Source: the human T2T-CHM13v2.0 reference genome, Homo sapiens. Taken from it: a stretch of DNA of 64,000 nucleotides. The notes under the pieces are model-generated. The model searched no databases, was not told the origin of the DNA, and saw nothing but the letters and a program-made list of their open reading frames with translations. Positions 1-11,681 of the stretch are shown here, piece after piece. The position numbers and the translations under genes were made by a program. The stretch is taken from assembly GCF_009914755.1 (NCBI RefSeq), contig NC_060929.1, one strand, 5' to 3'. The first letter of the stretch is position 1, and each line of letters opens with the position of its first letter.

Positions 1-496
1 TCCGGTAAGTGGCCTCTTTTTACTCTCTTCTCCAACCTCTCTCACTATCCCTCAATCTCTTTCGCCTTTCAATCTTGGCGCCACACTTCAATCTCTCCCT
101 TCTCTTAATTTCAATTACTTTCATTTTCTGGCAGAGACAAAGGAGACATGTTTTATTCGTCTCCTTTTAGCCCTCCCCCACCTGCCCAGCAATTTACTCT
201 TAAAAAGGTGGCTGGAGCCAAAGGCATAGTCAAGGTTAATGCTCCTTTTTCTTTATCCCAAATCAGATAGCGTTTAGGCTCTTTATCATCAAATATAAAA
301 ACCCAGCCCAGTTCATGGCTCGTTTGGCAGCAACCCTGAGATGCTTTACAGCCCTAGACCCTAAGAAGTCAAAAGGCCGTCTTATTCTCAATATACATTT
401 TATTACCCAATCTGCTCCCAACATTAAATAAAACTCCAAAAATTAAATTCTGACCCTCAAACTCCACAACAGGACTTAATTAACCTTGCCTTCAAA

Positions 497-846
497 GTGT
501 ACAATCACAGAAAAAAGTTGCAATTCCTTGCCTCCACTGTGAGACAAACCCCAGCCATATCTCCAGCACACAAGAACTTCCAAACGCCTGAACTGCAGCG
601 GCCAGGCATTCCTCCAGAACCTCCTCCCCCAGGAGCTTGCTACAAGTGCCAAAAATCTGGCCACCAAGCCAAAGAATAGCCGCAGCCCAGGATTCCTCCT
701 AAGCCGTATCCCATTTGTGCAGGATCCCACTAGAAATCGGACTGTTCAACTCACCTGGCAGCCACTCCCAGAGCCCCTGGAACTCTGGCCCAAGGCTCTC
801 TGACTGACTCCTTCCCAGATCTTCTCGGCTTAGCGGCTGAAGACTG
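497..846 (+). pseudogene. gag: HERV-H gag C-terminus with two degenerate zinc knuckles
   Basis: ORF 497-679 ends PPPGACYKCQKSGHQAKE*; the same frame continues YPICAGSH*KSDC. Confidence 0.88.
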
Positions 847-849
847 ACG

Positions 850-1140
850 CTGCCCGATCGCCTCAGAAGCCCCCTAGACCATCACGGATGCCGAGCTTCA
901 GGTAACTCTCACAGTGGAAGGTAAGTCCGTCCCCTTCTTAATCAATACGGAGGCTACCCACTCCACATTACCTTCTTTTCAAAGGCCTGTTTCCCTTGCC
1001 TCCATAACTGTTGTGGGTACTGATGGCCAGGCTTCCAAACCTCTTAAAACTCCCCAACTCTGGTGCCAACTTACACAATACTCTTTTAAGCACTCCTTTT
1101 TAGTATCCCCACCTGCCCAGTTCCCTTATTAGGCTGAGAC
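850..1140 (+). pseudogene. pro: HERV-H protease remnant (catalytic DTG reads NTE)
   Basis: ORF 914-1132 VEGKSVPFLINTEATHSTLP...ITVVGTDGQ; NTE at 944-952. Confidence 0.85.
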
Positions 1141-1288
1141 ACTTTTAACTAAATTATCTGCTTCCCTGACTATTCCTGGACTACAGCTATATCTCATTGC
1201 TACCCTTCCCAATCCAAAGCCTCCTTTGCATCCTCCTCTTGTATCCCCCCACCTTAACACACAAGTATAAGATAACTCTACCCCGTCC

Positions 1289-3070
1289 TTGGCGACCGAT
1301 CATGCACTCCTTACCATCTCATTAAAACCTAATCACCCTTACCCCGCTCAATGCCAATATCCCATCCCACAGCATGCTTTGAAAGGATTAAAGCCTGTTA
1401 TCACTCGCTTGCTACAGCATGGCCTTTTAAAGCCTATAAACTCTCCTTACAATTCCCCCATTTTACCTGTCCTAAAACCAGACAAGGTTTACAAGTTAGT
1501 TCAGGATCTGCGCCTTATCAACCAAACTGTTTTGCCTATCCACCCTGTGGTGCCCAACCCGTACACTCTATTGTCCTCAATACCTTCCTCCACAACCCAC
1601 TATTCCGTTCTTAATCTTAAAGATGCTTTTTTCACTATTCCCCTGCACCCCTCGTCCCAGCCTCTCTTTGCTTTCACCTGGACTGACCCTGACATCCATC
1701 AGTCCCAGCAGATTACCTAGGCTGTACTGCCGCAAGGCTTCACAGACAGCCCCCATTACTTCAGTCAAGCCCAAATTTCATCCTCATCTGTTACCTATCT
1801 CGGCATAATTCTCATAAAAGCACACATGCTCTCCCTGCTGATCGTGTCCGATTAATCTCCCAAACCTCAATCCCTTACAAAACAACAACTCCTTTCCTTC
1901 CTAGACATAGTTACTGCAGTCAGAATTCCTACACAAGAGCCAGGACCGCACCCTGTAGCCTGTCCAAACAACTTGGACTTACTGTTTTAGCCTAGCCCTC
2001 ATGTCTGTGTGCAGCAGCTGCCGCTGCTTTAATACTTTTAGAGGCCCTAAAAATCACAAACTATGCTCAACTCACTCTACATTTCTCATAACTTCCAAAA
2101 TCTGTTTTCTTCCTCACACCTGATGCATATACTTTCTGCTCCCCGGCTCCTTCAGCTGTACTCACTCTTTGTTAAGTCTCCCACAATTACCATTGTTCCT
2201 GGCCCGGACTTCAATCTGGCCTCCCACATTATTCCTGATACCACACCTGAACCTCATGACTGCATCTCTCTGATCTCCTGACGTTCACCCCATTTCCCCA
2301 CATTTCCTTCTTCCCTGTTCCTCACCCTGATCACACTTAGTTTATTAATGGCAGTTCCACCAGGCCTAATCGCCACACACCAGCAAAGGCAGGCTATGCT
2401 ATAGTACAAGCCACTAGCCCGCCTCTTAGAACCTCTCAGTTCCTTTCCATCGTAGAAATCTATCCTCAAAGATATAACTTCTCAGTGTTCCATCTGCTAT
2501 TCTACTACTTCTCAAGGATTATTGAGGCCCTCTCCCTTCCCTACACATCAAGCTCCAGGATTTGCCCCCGCCCAGGACTGGCAAATTAGCTTTACTCAAC
2601 ATGCCCCAAGTCAGGAAACTAAAATACCTCTTAGTCTAAGTAGACACTTTCACTAGATAAGTAGAGGCCTTTCCCACAAAGGCTAAGAAGGCCACCACAG
2701 TCATTTCTTCCCTTCTGTCAGACATAATTCCTCAGTTTGGCCTTCTCACCTCTATACAGTCTGATAGCAGACCAGCCTTTATTAGTCAAATCAGCCAAGC
2801 ATTTTTTCAGGCTTAGTATTCAGTGAAACCTTTATATCCCTTACAGTCCTCAGTCTTCAAGAAAAGTAGAACAGACTAATAGTCTTTCAAAAACACACCT
2901 CACCAAGCTCAGCTACCAACTTAAAAAAGACTAGACAATACTTTTATCACTTTCCCTTCTCAGAATTCAGGCCTGTCCTCAGAATGCTACAAAGTACAGC
3001 CCATTTAAGCTCCTGTATAGACTCTCCTTTTTATTAGGCCCCAGTCTCATTCCAGACACCAGACCAACTT
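1289..3070 (+). pseudogene. pol: HERV-H pol remnant (RT, RNase H, integrase) with deletions and many stops
   Basis: ORF 1289-1720 is the RT N-terminus; LPQGFTDSPHYFSQA joins QISSSSVTYLG with no YxDD; RNase H-like *FINGSS at 2338; integrase-like LV*VDTFTR*VEAFPT at 2631. Confidence 0.92.
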
Positions 3071-3647
3071 AGACTGTGCCCCAAAAAAACTTGTCATCCC
3101 TACTATCTTCTGTCTAGTCATACTCCTATTCACCGTTCTCAACTACTCATACATGCCCTGCTCTTGTTTACACTGCTGGTTTACACTGTTTCTCCAAGCC
3201 ATCACAGCTGATATCTCCTGGTGCTATCCCCAAACTATCACTCTTAACTCTTAAAGTAAATAAATAATCTTTGCTGGCAAGACTATGCTGAATCTCCTTA
3301 GGCACTCTCTAATCAGATGTCCTAGGTCATCCCAATTCTTAGACCTTTTATACCTGTTTTTCTCCTTATTCCGTTTTTCAATTCATACAAAACCATATCC
3401 AGGCCATCACCAATAATTCTAAATGACAAATATTTCTTCTAACAACCCCACAATATCACCCCTTACCACAAAATCTTCCTTCAGCTTAATCTCTCCCACT
3501 ATAAGTTCCCACACCGCCCCTAATCCCGCTCAAAGCAGCCCTGAGAAACATCACCCATTATCTCTCCATACCACCCCCCAAAAATTTTTACTGTCCCAAC
3601 ACTTTACCACTATTTCGTTTTTTCTTATTAATATAAGAAGATAGGAA

Positions 3648-4044
3648 TGTCAGGCCTCTGAGCCCAAGCTAAGCCATCATATCCCCTGTGACCTGCCTGT
3701 ACACATCCAGATGACCGGTTCCTGCCTTAACTGATGACATTCCACCACAAAAGAAGTGAAAATGGCCTGTTCCTGCCTTAACTGATGACATTATCTTGTG
3801 AAATTCCTTCTCCTGGCTCATACTGACTCGAAAGCTCCCCTACTGAGCACCTTGTGACCCTCACTCCTGCCTGCCAGAGAACAACCCCCCTTTTTCCTTT
3901 ACCTACCCAAATCCTATAAAACGGCCCCACACCTATCTCTCTTCGCTGACTCTTTAGACTCAGCCCGCCTGCACCCAGGTGATTAAAAGCTTTATTGCTC
4001 ACACAAAGCCTGTTTAGTAGTCTCTTCACATGGACGCGCATGAA
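3648..4044 (+). mobile_element. LTR7 (HERV-H 3' LTR) with two U3 repeat copies
   Basis: Starts TGTCAGG after purine tract aagaagataggaa (3635-3647); two copies of gttcctgccttaactgatgacatt; TATAAAA 3915-3921; ATTAAA 3982-3987. Confidence 0.95.
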
Positions 4045-4125
4045 GTGTATATTTTAAAACATCATGTTTTACACAGTAAATGTATACAATTTTATTCTTC
4101 ATTGTAGAAAAATAAAATGTTAAAA
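4045..4125 (+). mobile_element. Old L1M 3'-end fragment flanking the HERV-H insertion
   Basis: aaaacatcatgttttacacagtaaatgtatacaatttt resembles the L1MA/MB 3' terminus. Confidence 0.55.
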
Positions 4126-4337
4126 ATTAATGACACCACCAAAAAAGAGCTCCTCCTTTTTTTACTCAAAATATAGTACAGTATTGCACAAATGAAGATA
4201 TTATGGTGAACTCTGGAATTACTAAGGGAGTTATGAACGAATAAATGAATGAGTAAACAAATGGACCAAAAAAATGATGTCTTCTCGTGATATAATTTTT
4301 GGTAAAACACACTGTAATCAAAGATAGCATTAATCTG

Positions 4338-4576
4338 TGAGGCAGGAGAATAGGGTCTGGAGAAAGGGAACCTAAAGCCGATTCTCACTGGCTTCCTAGA
4401 ACTAAATCAAAATCAAAACGCCAACTTTCCACACCCAAATTATAAAAGGACCAGAAGCTACTCTCCTTGCAACCCCCACTTTCCTGTGTGGCAGATGAAA
4501 AACTGAAAGTACCTGTGGTTGATCCTTTCCTGCAACCGATCAGACTGATCGTGGGTTAAGTCTTTACTTGCATAGG
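4338..4576 (+). mobile_element. Truncated 5' LTR (U3 part only), MER51-like
   Basis: Aligns to the first ~240 bp of the 3' LTR, similarity stops at catagg (4576); no TATA, poly(A) signal, U5 or PBS follows. Confidence 0.85.
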
Positions 4577-5676
4577 ATTTGGGATTTATTATTCTCCTTT
4601 CCCCTTTTGCTATCTGCTCCATACAGGGGAGTCTTTTGTTCTCTCTTTTTCTGTCTTTTCCTTTCCAACGTGGGACCCTTGGTAGGCAGTGCCTAAACAC
4701 AGAGGCAACTGCAGGTTTCCGGCTGGGGCCAATCTCTGGAGAAATGGAAAGGTTTCCATGTGGAAGCCCTTGACTGCCACCACCCAGTTCTAGTAAGGGA
4801 ACTGAGCCCTTTGCCTTTTTTTTCTTTTTCAGTATTTCAGCAGCTGTTTCCTAGCAGCTCCTTGGTATTTGAGGGCAACTGGCCAGGGCCACTCTCTGGT
4901 GTTGCCTGAAGGCCAAGGAGTGAATGAGGATAGCTGCCTTGCCTGGAAGGAGGATGGACTCTTTTCTATCTTTTCTGATTATAGTCCCTGATCTCTACGT
5001 GTGACACAATTGGCAGTGGTACAGGGTGAACTCACGTTTCAGGCCACTTAAACCTTCTTTTCTTATAGTCACTGATTCCTACATGTGACACAATTGGCAG
5101 CAACAGCTCCTCCAGAGTGAACTCACACACATTTCAGGTGACTTGAGCCTTCTTTTTTCATGCTAAATTCTTCTCTTCCCCTACTTGATGGGTCAAAGAC
5201 AAAAGGAACCCACCTAGCTATGCAAAGAATGTTATAAAGAAAATAGATGACTGGTTGTTTAAAAAGAGGGATGGGATGTTTAGGACAAGTCAGAGGGTCT
5301 GGGAATGTTGTAGATGGTCTGTGTGGGGCATGGGGGGCATTCATGAAAAGGAATTTATGCAGGAACTGATGTACAATCTAATGTGGATTTCTTGCCTAAA
5401 TTTAGAGAGTAAAAGGGTTGCTTTAAGTGGGATAGGAAGCCCTTAAGAAACACTCATAATGGGTCATCAGTGGTGGAGGGAACCATTCCAAAGCAGTGCC
5501 AGCACCCATCTAACTAACGTCAGAGATGTCTGACAGACTAAGACAGGGCTCAAAAGGTGAATGCCCCTGGGGACTCCAGTCAGGACCTAGAATTTTTCCA
5601 GGATGCCTCAAGCATCACTCGGGTCACTTGATAAACCTTCCACTATTCAAAGTCCTCCTCTCTTTTCCAGACCACT

Positions 5677-7236
5677 ATGGGCAACTCTTCATCTATTCCA
5701 CCTGATTCCACTATGGACAACCCTCCATCTATTCCACCTGATTCCCTGCTTGGCTGCATCCTCCACCACTGGAATCAATTTGACCCTGATAATCTAAAGA
5801 GAAAACTTATATATATATATATTTTTTTTTTTCTGCAATGCTGTTTGGCCCAATTATGAGCTGCCCAGCCTGGAACAATGAGCAGTCAATGGTAGCCTTA
5901 ATTATGACACCATCCTGCAATCAGATCTATTTTGCAAGATGCACGGCAAATGGTCCAAAATCCCATATGTACAGACCTTCATGGCCCTATACCAAAACCT
6001 AACAATCTGCAAAACTCCCAGAACCAGCCCCCCAAGGGAAAGTCCTAAGGCAGAACTAGATATTACAGATGACCTCCTTTTACAAGGGCTACCTGTCTCT
6101 CAGGGTGAACAGCATCTGCCTCCATACAGCCCCTTGCCAAGTGCTCTTGAGGCTAAACCCCAAACAGTGGGAACCCTACTAAGTCCCCCTCACACTCAAA
6201 GGAGAACATCGTATTAACTCTCCCTGCAGCCCTGTTACTCCTTGGGAAGTAGCAAGAGCTGAGGGGCCAGTCCTAGTGCAGGTCCCTTCTCTATAACTGA
6301 TATACAACAATGTAAGGAAAAGCTAGAAAGCTATTTCAAGAATCCCAGGAAATTTGCGGAAGCTTTCCAAACTTTGGCCTTAGCCGTTGCTCTCTCATGG
6401 AGAGATGTTCAATTCATTCTAGCAACCTGTTGCACCCCCTTGGAAAAAAAGATGAAATCTTTGAGGCCGCCCATGGGGAAGCAGATGATTTATTCATCTG
6501 AATCCTTTAGGGCAATCACTTGGGCCCAAACACAGTCTCCACTATTGATCCTAATTGGGACTATAATACCCCCATGGGAATGAACAACCGGGCTAAATTT
6601 CTTGAGGCTTTCCTTGGAGGAATGAGAAAGGGAATAACTAAGGCAGTAAATAATGTAAATTAAGGGGGGTTACACAAGCCAAGGAGGACAATCCAGCCAT
6701 GGACTTATGGCAGGCTGGAGGAAGTCTTTACAAAATATACTACTCTGGACTCTTCTTTTTCCAAAGGCAAAATATTAATGGCACAGCATTTCATTAGCCA
6801 ATCCACCACGGACATTAGACTTAAGCTCCAAAAGCTACTGATGGGGCCACGCAGTAATCAAAATCAGGTTTTTGATACTGCTGTTATGGTGTATAACAAT
6901 TGTGACCTGGAGGAAGGAAAACAGGAACAGAGTGAAGAAAAATGGCAGGCAAAAATTATGGCAGCCATCATTGGCAATACCCTGAATGCCCAAAGAGCAG
7001 CTAAGGGAAACCTGAAGGGCCATAATGATAATGCCATCAAAGGCTCTTGCTTCAAATGCAAGAACAATGAGCATTGGGCAAAGGACTGTACTAAGCCCTC
7101 ACCAGGCCCCTGTCAAAAATGTGAGGGCACCAGTTACAAACCCTGTCACTGGAGGATTGACTGCCCCTGCTCCCACCAAGGGGTTCAGTCAGGCAAAACT
7201 CTAGCAGTGCAAAAGCAGGAATTAGATGAAGACTGA
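5677..7236 (+). pseudogene. gag: ERV1 gag, frameshifted, two zinc knuckles
   Basis: MGNSSSIPPDS...LGCILHHWNQFDPDNLKRK; KWSKIPYVQTF; HFISQSTTDIRLKLQKL; CFKCKNNEHWAKDC and CQKCEGTSYKPCHWRIDC. Confidence 0.92.
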
Positions 7237-7239
7237 AGA

Positions 7240-7610
7240 CCGAAGGGGCCTGGGGTCTTCCTCACTGCCCCTGTCCAGGAACATTGTAATTACTACTGAG
7301 GAGCCCCAGGTAATTCTGGATGTCATGGGTACCCAAATTCAGTTGTTTTTTTTTTTGATACAGAAGCAAATTACTCTGTTTTCACTGCTTTTGCAGAAAG
7401 CTTTCCTCCCAGTTCATGACCATTACAGGAATGGAAGGAAAGCCGCAAACAAGATTCTTTACTCCTCCTTTGATTTGTCAATTTGAGAAACAAATCTTAC
7501 AACAGGAATTTCTAGTAGTACCAAACTCTCCAATCCCCCTGTTGGGAAGAGATATTATGGTTAAAATAGGGGCACTGCTACAATGTAAGCATCACCTGGC
7601 AGAATTGCTA
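7240..7610 (+). pseudogene. pro: ERV1 protease remnant
   Basis: ITTEEPQVILDV, DTEANYSV (gatacagaagca ~7357), TITGMEGK, PIPLLGRDIM. Confidence 0.85.
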
Positions 7611-7689
7611 ACAGGCAAAATACAGCCAAAGTCCCAGATTACATTAGTAAACAGGCTAACCCACTGGCATGGTATACTGGAAATCTAGG

Positions 7690-10600
7690 GAAGCCTAAAA
7701 TAGCAGTGCCAGTCAAAATACGCTTAAAGACCCCAGCTATTTTCCCAATCAAAAACAATACCTAATTAAGCTGGAAGCAAGAAAAGGCCTAGCACCCAGA
7801 GGTGAGGTATTACTTACCCATCGACTCTTAAAACCCTGCAATTCTCCTTGCAAGGACCCCATCTTACCCATTCTAAAGCCTTTGGAAGAATATTGAAGGC
7901 TTATTACATGTTAGTACAGGACCTCAGAATAATTAATGAGGCTATTATCCCTGTACACACATTGGTGGCAAATCCATATACCCTCCTGGCTCAGGTGCCA
8001 AAAGGTTCTCAGTTCTAGACCTAAAAGATGCTTTCTTCTCCATTCCCTCTGGCACCAGAGTCCTAATACCTTTTCACCTTTGAATGGAAAAATCCTAATA
8101 CCGGAGGAAAACAACAATACACTTGGACAGTGCTCCCTCAAGGTTTTTGGGACAGGCCCCCTTTCTATGCTTGGGCCTTAGAGAGGGATCTAAGGGATCT
8201 GCAATTGGAGAATGGGAGTATATTCCAGTACATGGATGACCTTCTTGTGCGTAGCCCAACCAAGGAAGCTTCTGAACAAAATACTACAAAAACTTTTAAT
8301 TTCCTGGCAGACAGGGGATACAAAGTGTCCAAAAGGAAGGCTTAGAATAACCTTCAACAGGTCCAATATTTAAGGTATGTCTTAACACCCAGAGCCTGGC
8401 AAATATCCCCAGAACGAGTGCAAGCCATATGTGGTTTGGGACCTCCCCATACCAAGCAACAGCTTTGTTCTTTTGGGGGAATAGCCAGGTTTTGCAGAAT
8501 ATGGGCACCAAATTTTGGGATCATAGTAAAGCCCCTGTATGAAGCAACAAGGGGGCCTGAAAATGAGCTAATGGAATGGACCTCGGAAATGAGAGAAACC
8601 TTTGCCAAGTTAAAAATAGGCTCTCACCCAGCTTCCGCTCTTGGCATCCAAGGCCTAACTAAGCCCTTCTCCTTGTATGTAGCAGAGAGGAAAGGCATAG
8701 CTGTAGTAGTACTAGCCCAGAAATTAGGATCAGAACACAGATCAACTGCCTACTTTTCAAAAAAGCTGGATGGAGTGGCCTCGGGATGGCCAAGTTTCCC
8801 GTGGGCAATCCCAGCCACTGGTATTTTAGTGGAAGGAGCCACTGAAGTCACCCTAGGTCAACTACCAGAAGTTCTAACCCCTCATCAGGTGAAGTCAGTC
8901 TTAGAAATAAAAGGATACCTCTAGATGATGGAGGGAAGTTTAACCTAATACCATGCCACACTCTTAGAAAACCCAGATGTAACCCTTGAAACCTGTAGCA
9001 CCTTGAATCCAGCTCTGTTTCTGCCCACAGGCCCAGTAACTGATCATTCCTGCGAGCAGGTCATTGCACATACATTCATATGTTAGCCAGCCTAATTTAA
9101 AAGACCAACTTCTCCCAGATTCTGAGGATAACTGGTTTACAGACGGCAGTAGTTTCATGTCAAATAGGGAGCACTGGAGCTGGATACACAACAGTAAATC
9201 GTAGTACAATTGAAGCCCAGACACTGCCCCCTGGCACATTAGCACAAAAGGCTGAATTCATTACTCTTACCTGAGCATTAATGTTGGGACAAGGTAAAAA
9301 GCTTAACATCTATACAGATTCTAAATATACATTCCCTGTGGTTCATGCTCATGCTACAATCTGGAAGAAAAGGGGACTACTAACTAGCAAACACTCTCCT
9401 ATAAAGCATGGGCCTGAAATTCTTCAGCTATTAAAAGCAGTACACCTGCCAAAGGCCATAGCTATAATTCATTGTAGGGGACTTAACGCCTATAGCACAA
9501 GGGAACAGCAAGTCTGACAGAGAAGCCAAAGGCACAACCTTCAGGGTGCAATCCCAACAGGAACAGCTAATACAGGAGCAAGGGGAACAAAAACAAGGAT
9601 CCTGGTGGTACATGGGATCACAAGTATATCTCCCTCAAACAGCCCAATGGAGAATTATAAAAACCCTGCCTGACTCTTTCCATATAGGGAGAGATGCTAC
9701 CTTGGCCATGGTTAACAGGCTCTTCACTGGGCCTAACTTAGCTTCGGTGGTTAAGCAGGTCTGTCAAGCCTGCTCATTGTGTGCACTTAACAACTTAGGA
9801 AACAAAATGCCTCCTCTAATAGAACCAGTCCAGAGGAGAGGAGCTTATCCAGGGGAATATTGGAAATTAGACTTCACCCATATGCCAGCTTTCAGAGGAT
9901 ATGTTTTTGTTAGTGCTAATAGATAACTTTACTGGTTGGGTCAAAGTTTACTCTAACAGAACAGAGAAGGTAATGAGGTTATAAAGGTCCTCTTAAGAGA
10001 AATAACCCCCAGTTTGGATTAACTCAGAGACTCCAAAGTGATAAAGGCATGTCCTTTATCTCCCAAATGACTCATGGGGTTGCTAAGGCTCTCAGAATCA
10101 AATACTATTTACATTCAGCATGGAGGCTTCAATCCTCTGGAAAAGTAGAAAGGACTATCCAAACTCTAAAGTGAGTGTTAGCTAAGCATTGTCAGGAAAC
10201 ATAAAAAACGTGGTTCAGCTTACTGTCTGTAGCCCTCTTAAGGATCCATAATACCCCTAGAGCAAAAATTAATATAAGCCTATAAGAAATGTTATCTGAA
10301 GCCCTTTCTAAATTAATGATTCAATTACTGATCCAGAAACAGCCAGTTTAGTAAAATACCTAGTTAACCTAGGAAAATTTCAGCAGGTTTTACAAAAGTT
10401 TGAAACTCAAAGGCTCTCCACACCAGGAACTAACCAGCAACCCTAAATCAGGCCAAGAGATGAAAACATGGAAAAAGAGATCACCTGCTCAACAATTACA
10501 ACCCAAATGGAAGGCACCATTTTCAGTAATATTGGCCATGCCTTCTGCAAAGTACTAAGGTTAGATGGTTGGATACACCTTTCAAGGATCATGTCTGCGA

Positions 10601-10707
10601 TACCTGAAGCCCCGGACCTGGAACCTGAAGCTCCCATCAGCCACTACACCTGTGAACTTGTGAAAGACCCGAAGTTCCTGTTTAGAAGACAGCCAAAAGA
10701 TAAGTAA
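7690..10707 (+). pseudogene. pol: ERV1 pol (RT, RNase H, integrase), disrupted
   Basis: LVQDLR, DLKDAFF, LPQGF, YMDD at 8229-8240, AYFSKKLD, WFTDGSSF ~9133, IYTDSKY, CQAC, WKLDFTHMP, ending FRRQPKDK*. Confidence 0.93.
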
Positions 10708-11050
10708 ATGCCCACCAACTTTCCTTGGTGTCTTTGTTGCATAGTTACTGTAGGCTGGATAATAGTAGCCATTTTTTTTGTATTTTTTATAGTTCATTGC
10801 CTTTTCCAGATGGATGGAACCACTTCCTTTGTACTAACTAAGCAGAATGTTTTAATTCAGTTATATAACAAACATTCCTTACAGCATAAGTATCCAGCCC
10901 ATGAAGTTCCCATTAAATCTTTTAACCAAATTTATTTCCTCTCACCTAGAGACCATCAAGCTTCAGATTATCATGTGACAGGGCTTCCAGCCAGTTTCAG
11001 GTGCACAGACACCATCTTAGCCATCAAGAAGCTACCCTGTCTTCATTAGA
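10708..11050 (+). pseudogene. env: Short env remnant
   Basis: Lies between pol and the purine tract; ctagagaccatcaagcttcag (LETIKLQ) resembles a class I env cytoplasmic tail; only ~350 bp. Confidence 0.5.
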
Positions 11051-11190
11051 CAGAGCAGAATGAGAATTCCATGATCCCCAATAGGTATGGACTAAGCCCC
11101 AAGTCAGCATGAAGCAGTTACAGAAGAAAGACCATCGGTCCTTCTGCTCCCCATAAAGATTTATGGGGATTGTGTCTCTCAGGGGGGAAA

Positions 11191-11681
11191 TGAGGCAAGA
11201 GAATAAGGTCTGGAGGCAGGGAACCTAAGGCCAATTCACAACGACTTCCTGGAACTAAATCAAAAGGAAAACCCCAACTTCTCATGCCCAAGGAACATGA
11301 GGACCAGTGGCTACTTACTCCCTTTGCAACCCCCCTCGCTTTCTGCATGGCAGATGAAAAATTGAAAGTACCTCTGATTTGTCCCCTCCCACAACCAATC
11401 AGACTGATCGTGGGCCACTACTTCATTTACATAGGGTGTACACCAAGTAACCCATGGAAAACCTTTAGAGGGTATTTAAACCCTAGAAAATTCTGTAACC
11501 AGGGCTCTTGAGCCACTTGCTCAAGCCTGCTCCCACCCTGGGAAGTGTACTTTCATTTTCAATAAATTTCTGCTTTTGTCATTTCATTCCTTCCTTGTTT
11601 TGTTTGTGCATTTTGTCCAATTCTTTGTTCAAAACACCAAGAACCTGGACAACTTGTAGTCAAGACCCTCCACCGATAACA
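11191..11681 (+). mobile_element. Complete 3' LTR, MER51-like
   Basis: TG...CA ends, CCAAT ~11394, TATTTAAA ~11473, AATAAA at 11561, followed by TSD TCTG. Confidence 0.9.

Larger units (their letters stand above)
1..4044 (+). mobile_element. HERV-H provirus, 3' portion (leader/gag-pro-pol-env remnants plus 3' LTR); 5' LTR outside the window
   Basis: Gag knuckle CYKCQKSGH, protease-like FLINTEATHS, RT motifs (SPYNSPILPVLKP, LVQDLR, LKDAFF, LPQGF), integrase remnants, polypurine tract, then a typical LTR7 (tgtcaggcctctgagcccaagctaagcc...gacgcgcatgaa). Confidence 0.96.
4338..11681 (+). mobile_element. Class I ERV provirus with MER51-type LTRs (HUERS-P3/MER51-int-like interior)
   Basis: Homologous LTR starts at 4338 and 11191; TG...CA ends; TSD TCTG at 4334-4337 and 11682-11685; gag-pro-pol order; purine tract aggggggaaa 11181-11190. 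Family name from recall. Confidence 0.9.

Noticed and set aside
6778-9926. Longer gag/pol ORFs (152, 168, 126 aa) as functional genes
   Set aside because: Fragments between frameshifts and stops of one decayed provirus.
10708-11049. 113-aa hydrophobic ORF as a novel or co-opted membrane protein
   Set aside because: Occupies the collapsed env position of a decayed provirus; no fusion peptide or CX6CC motif, and the env-tail similarity is in another frame.
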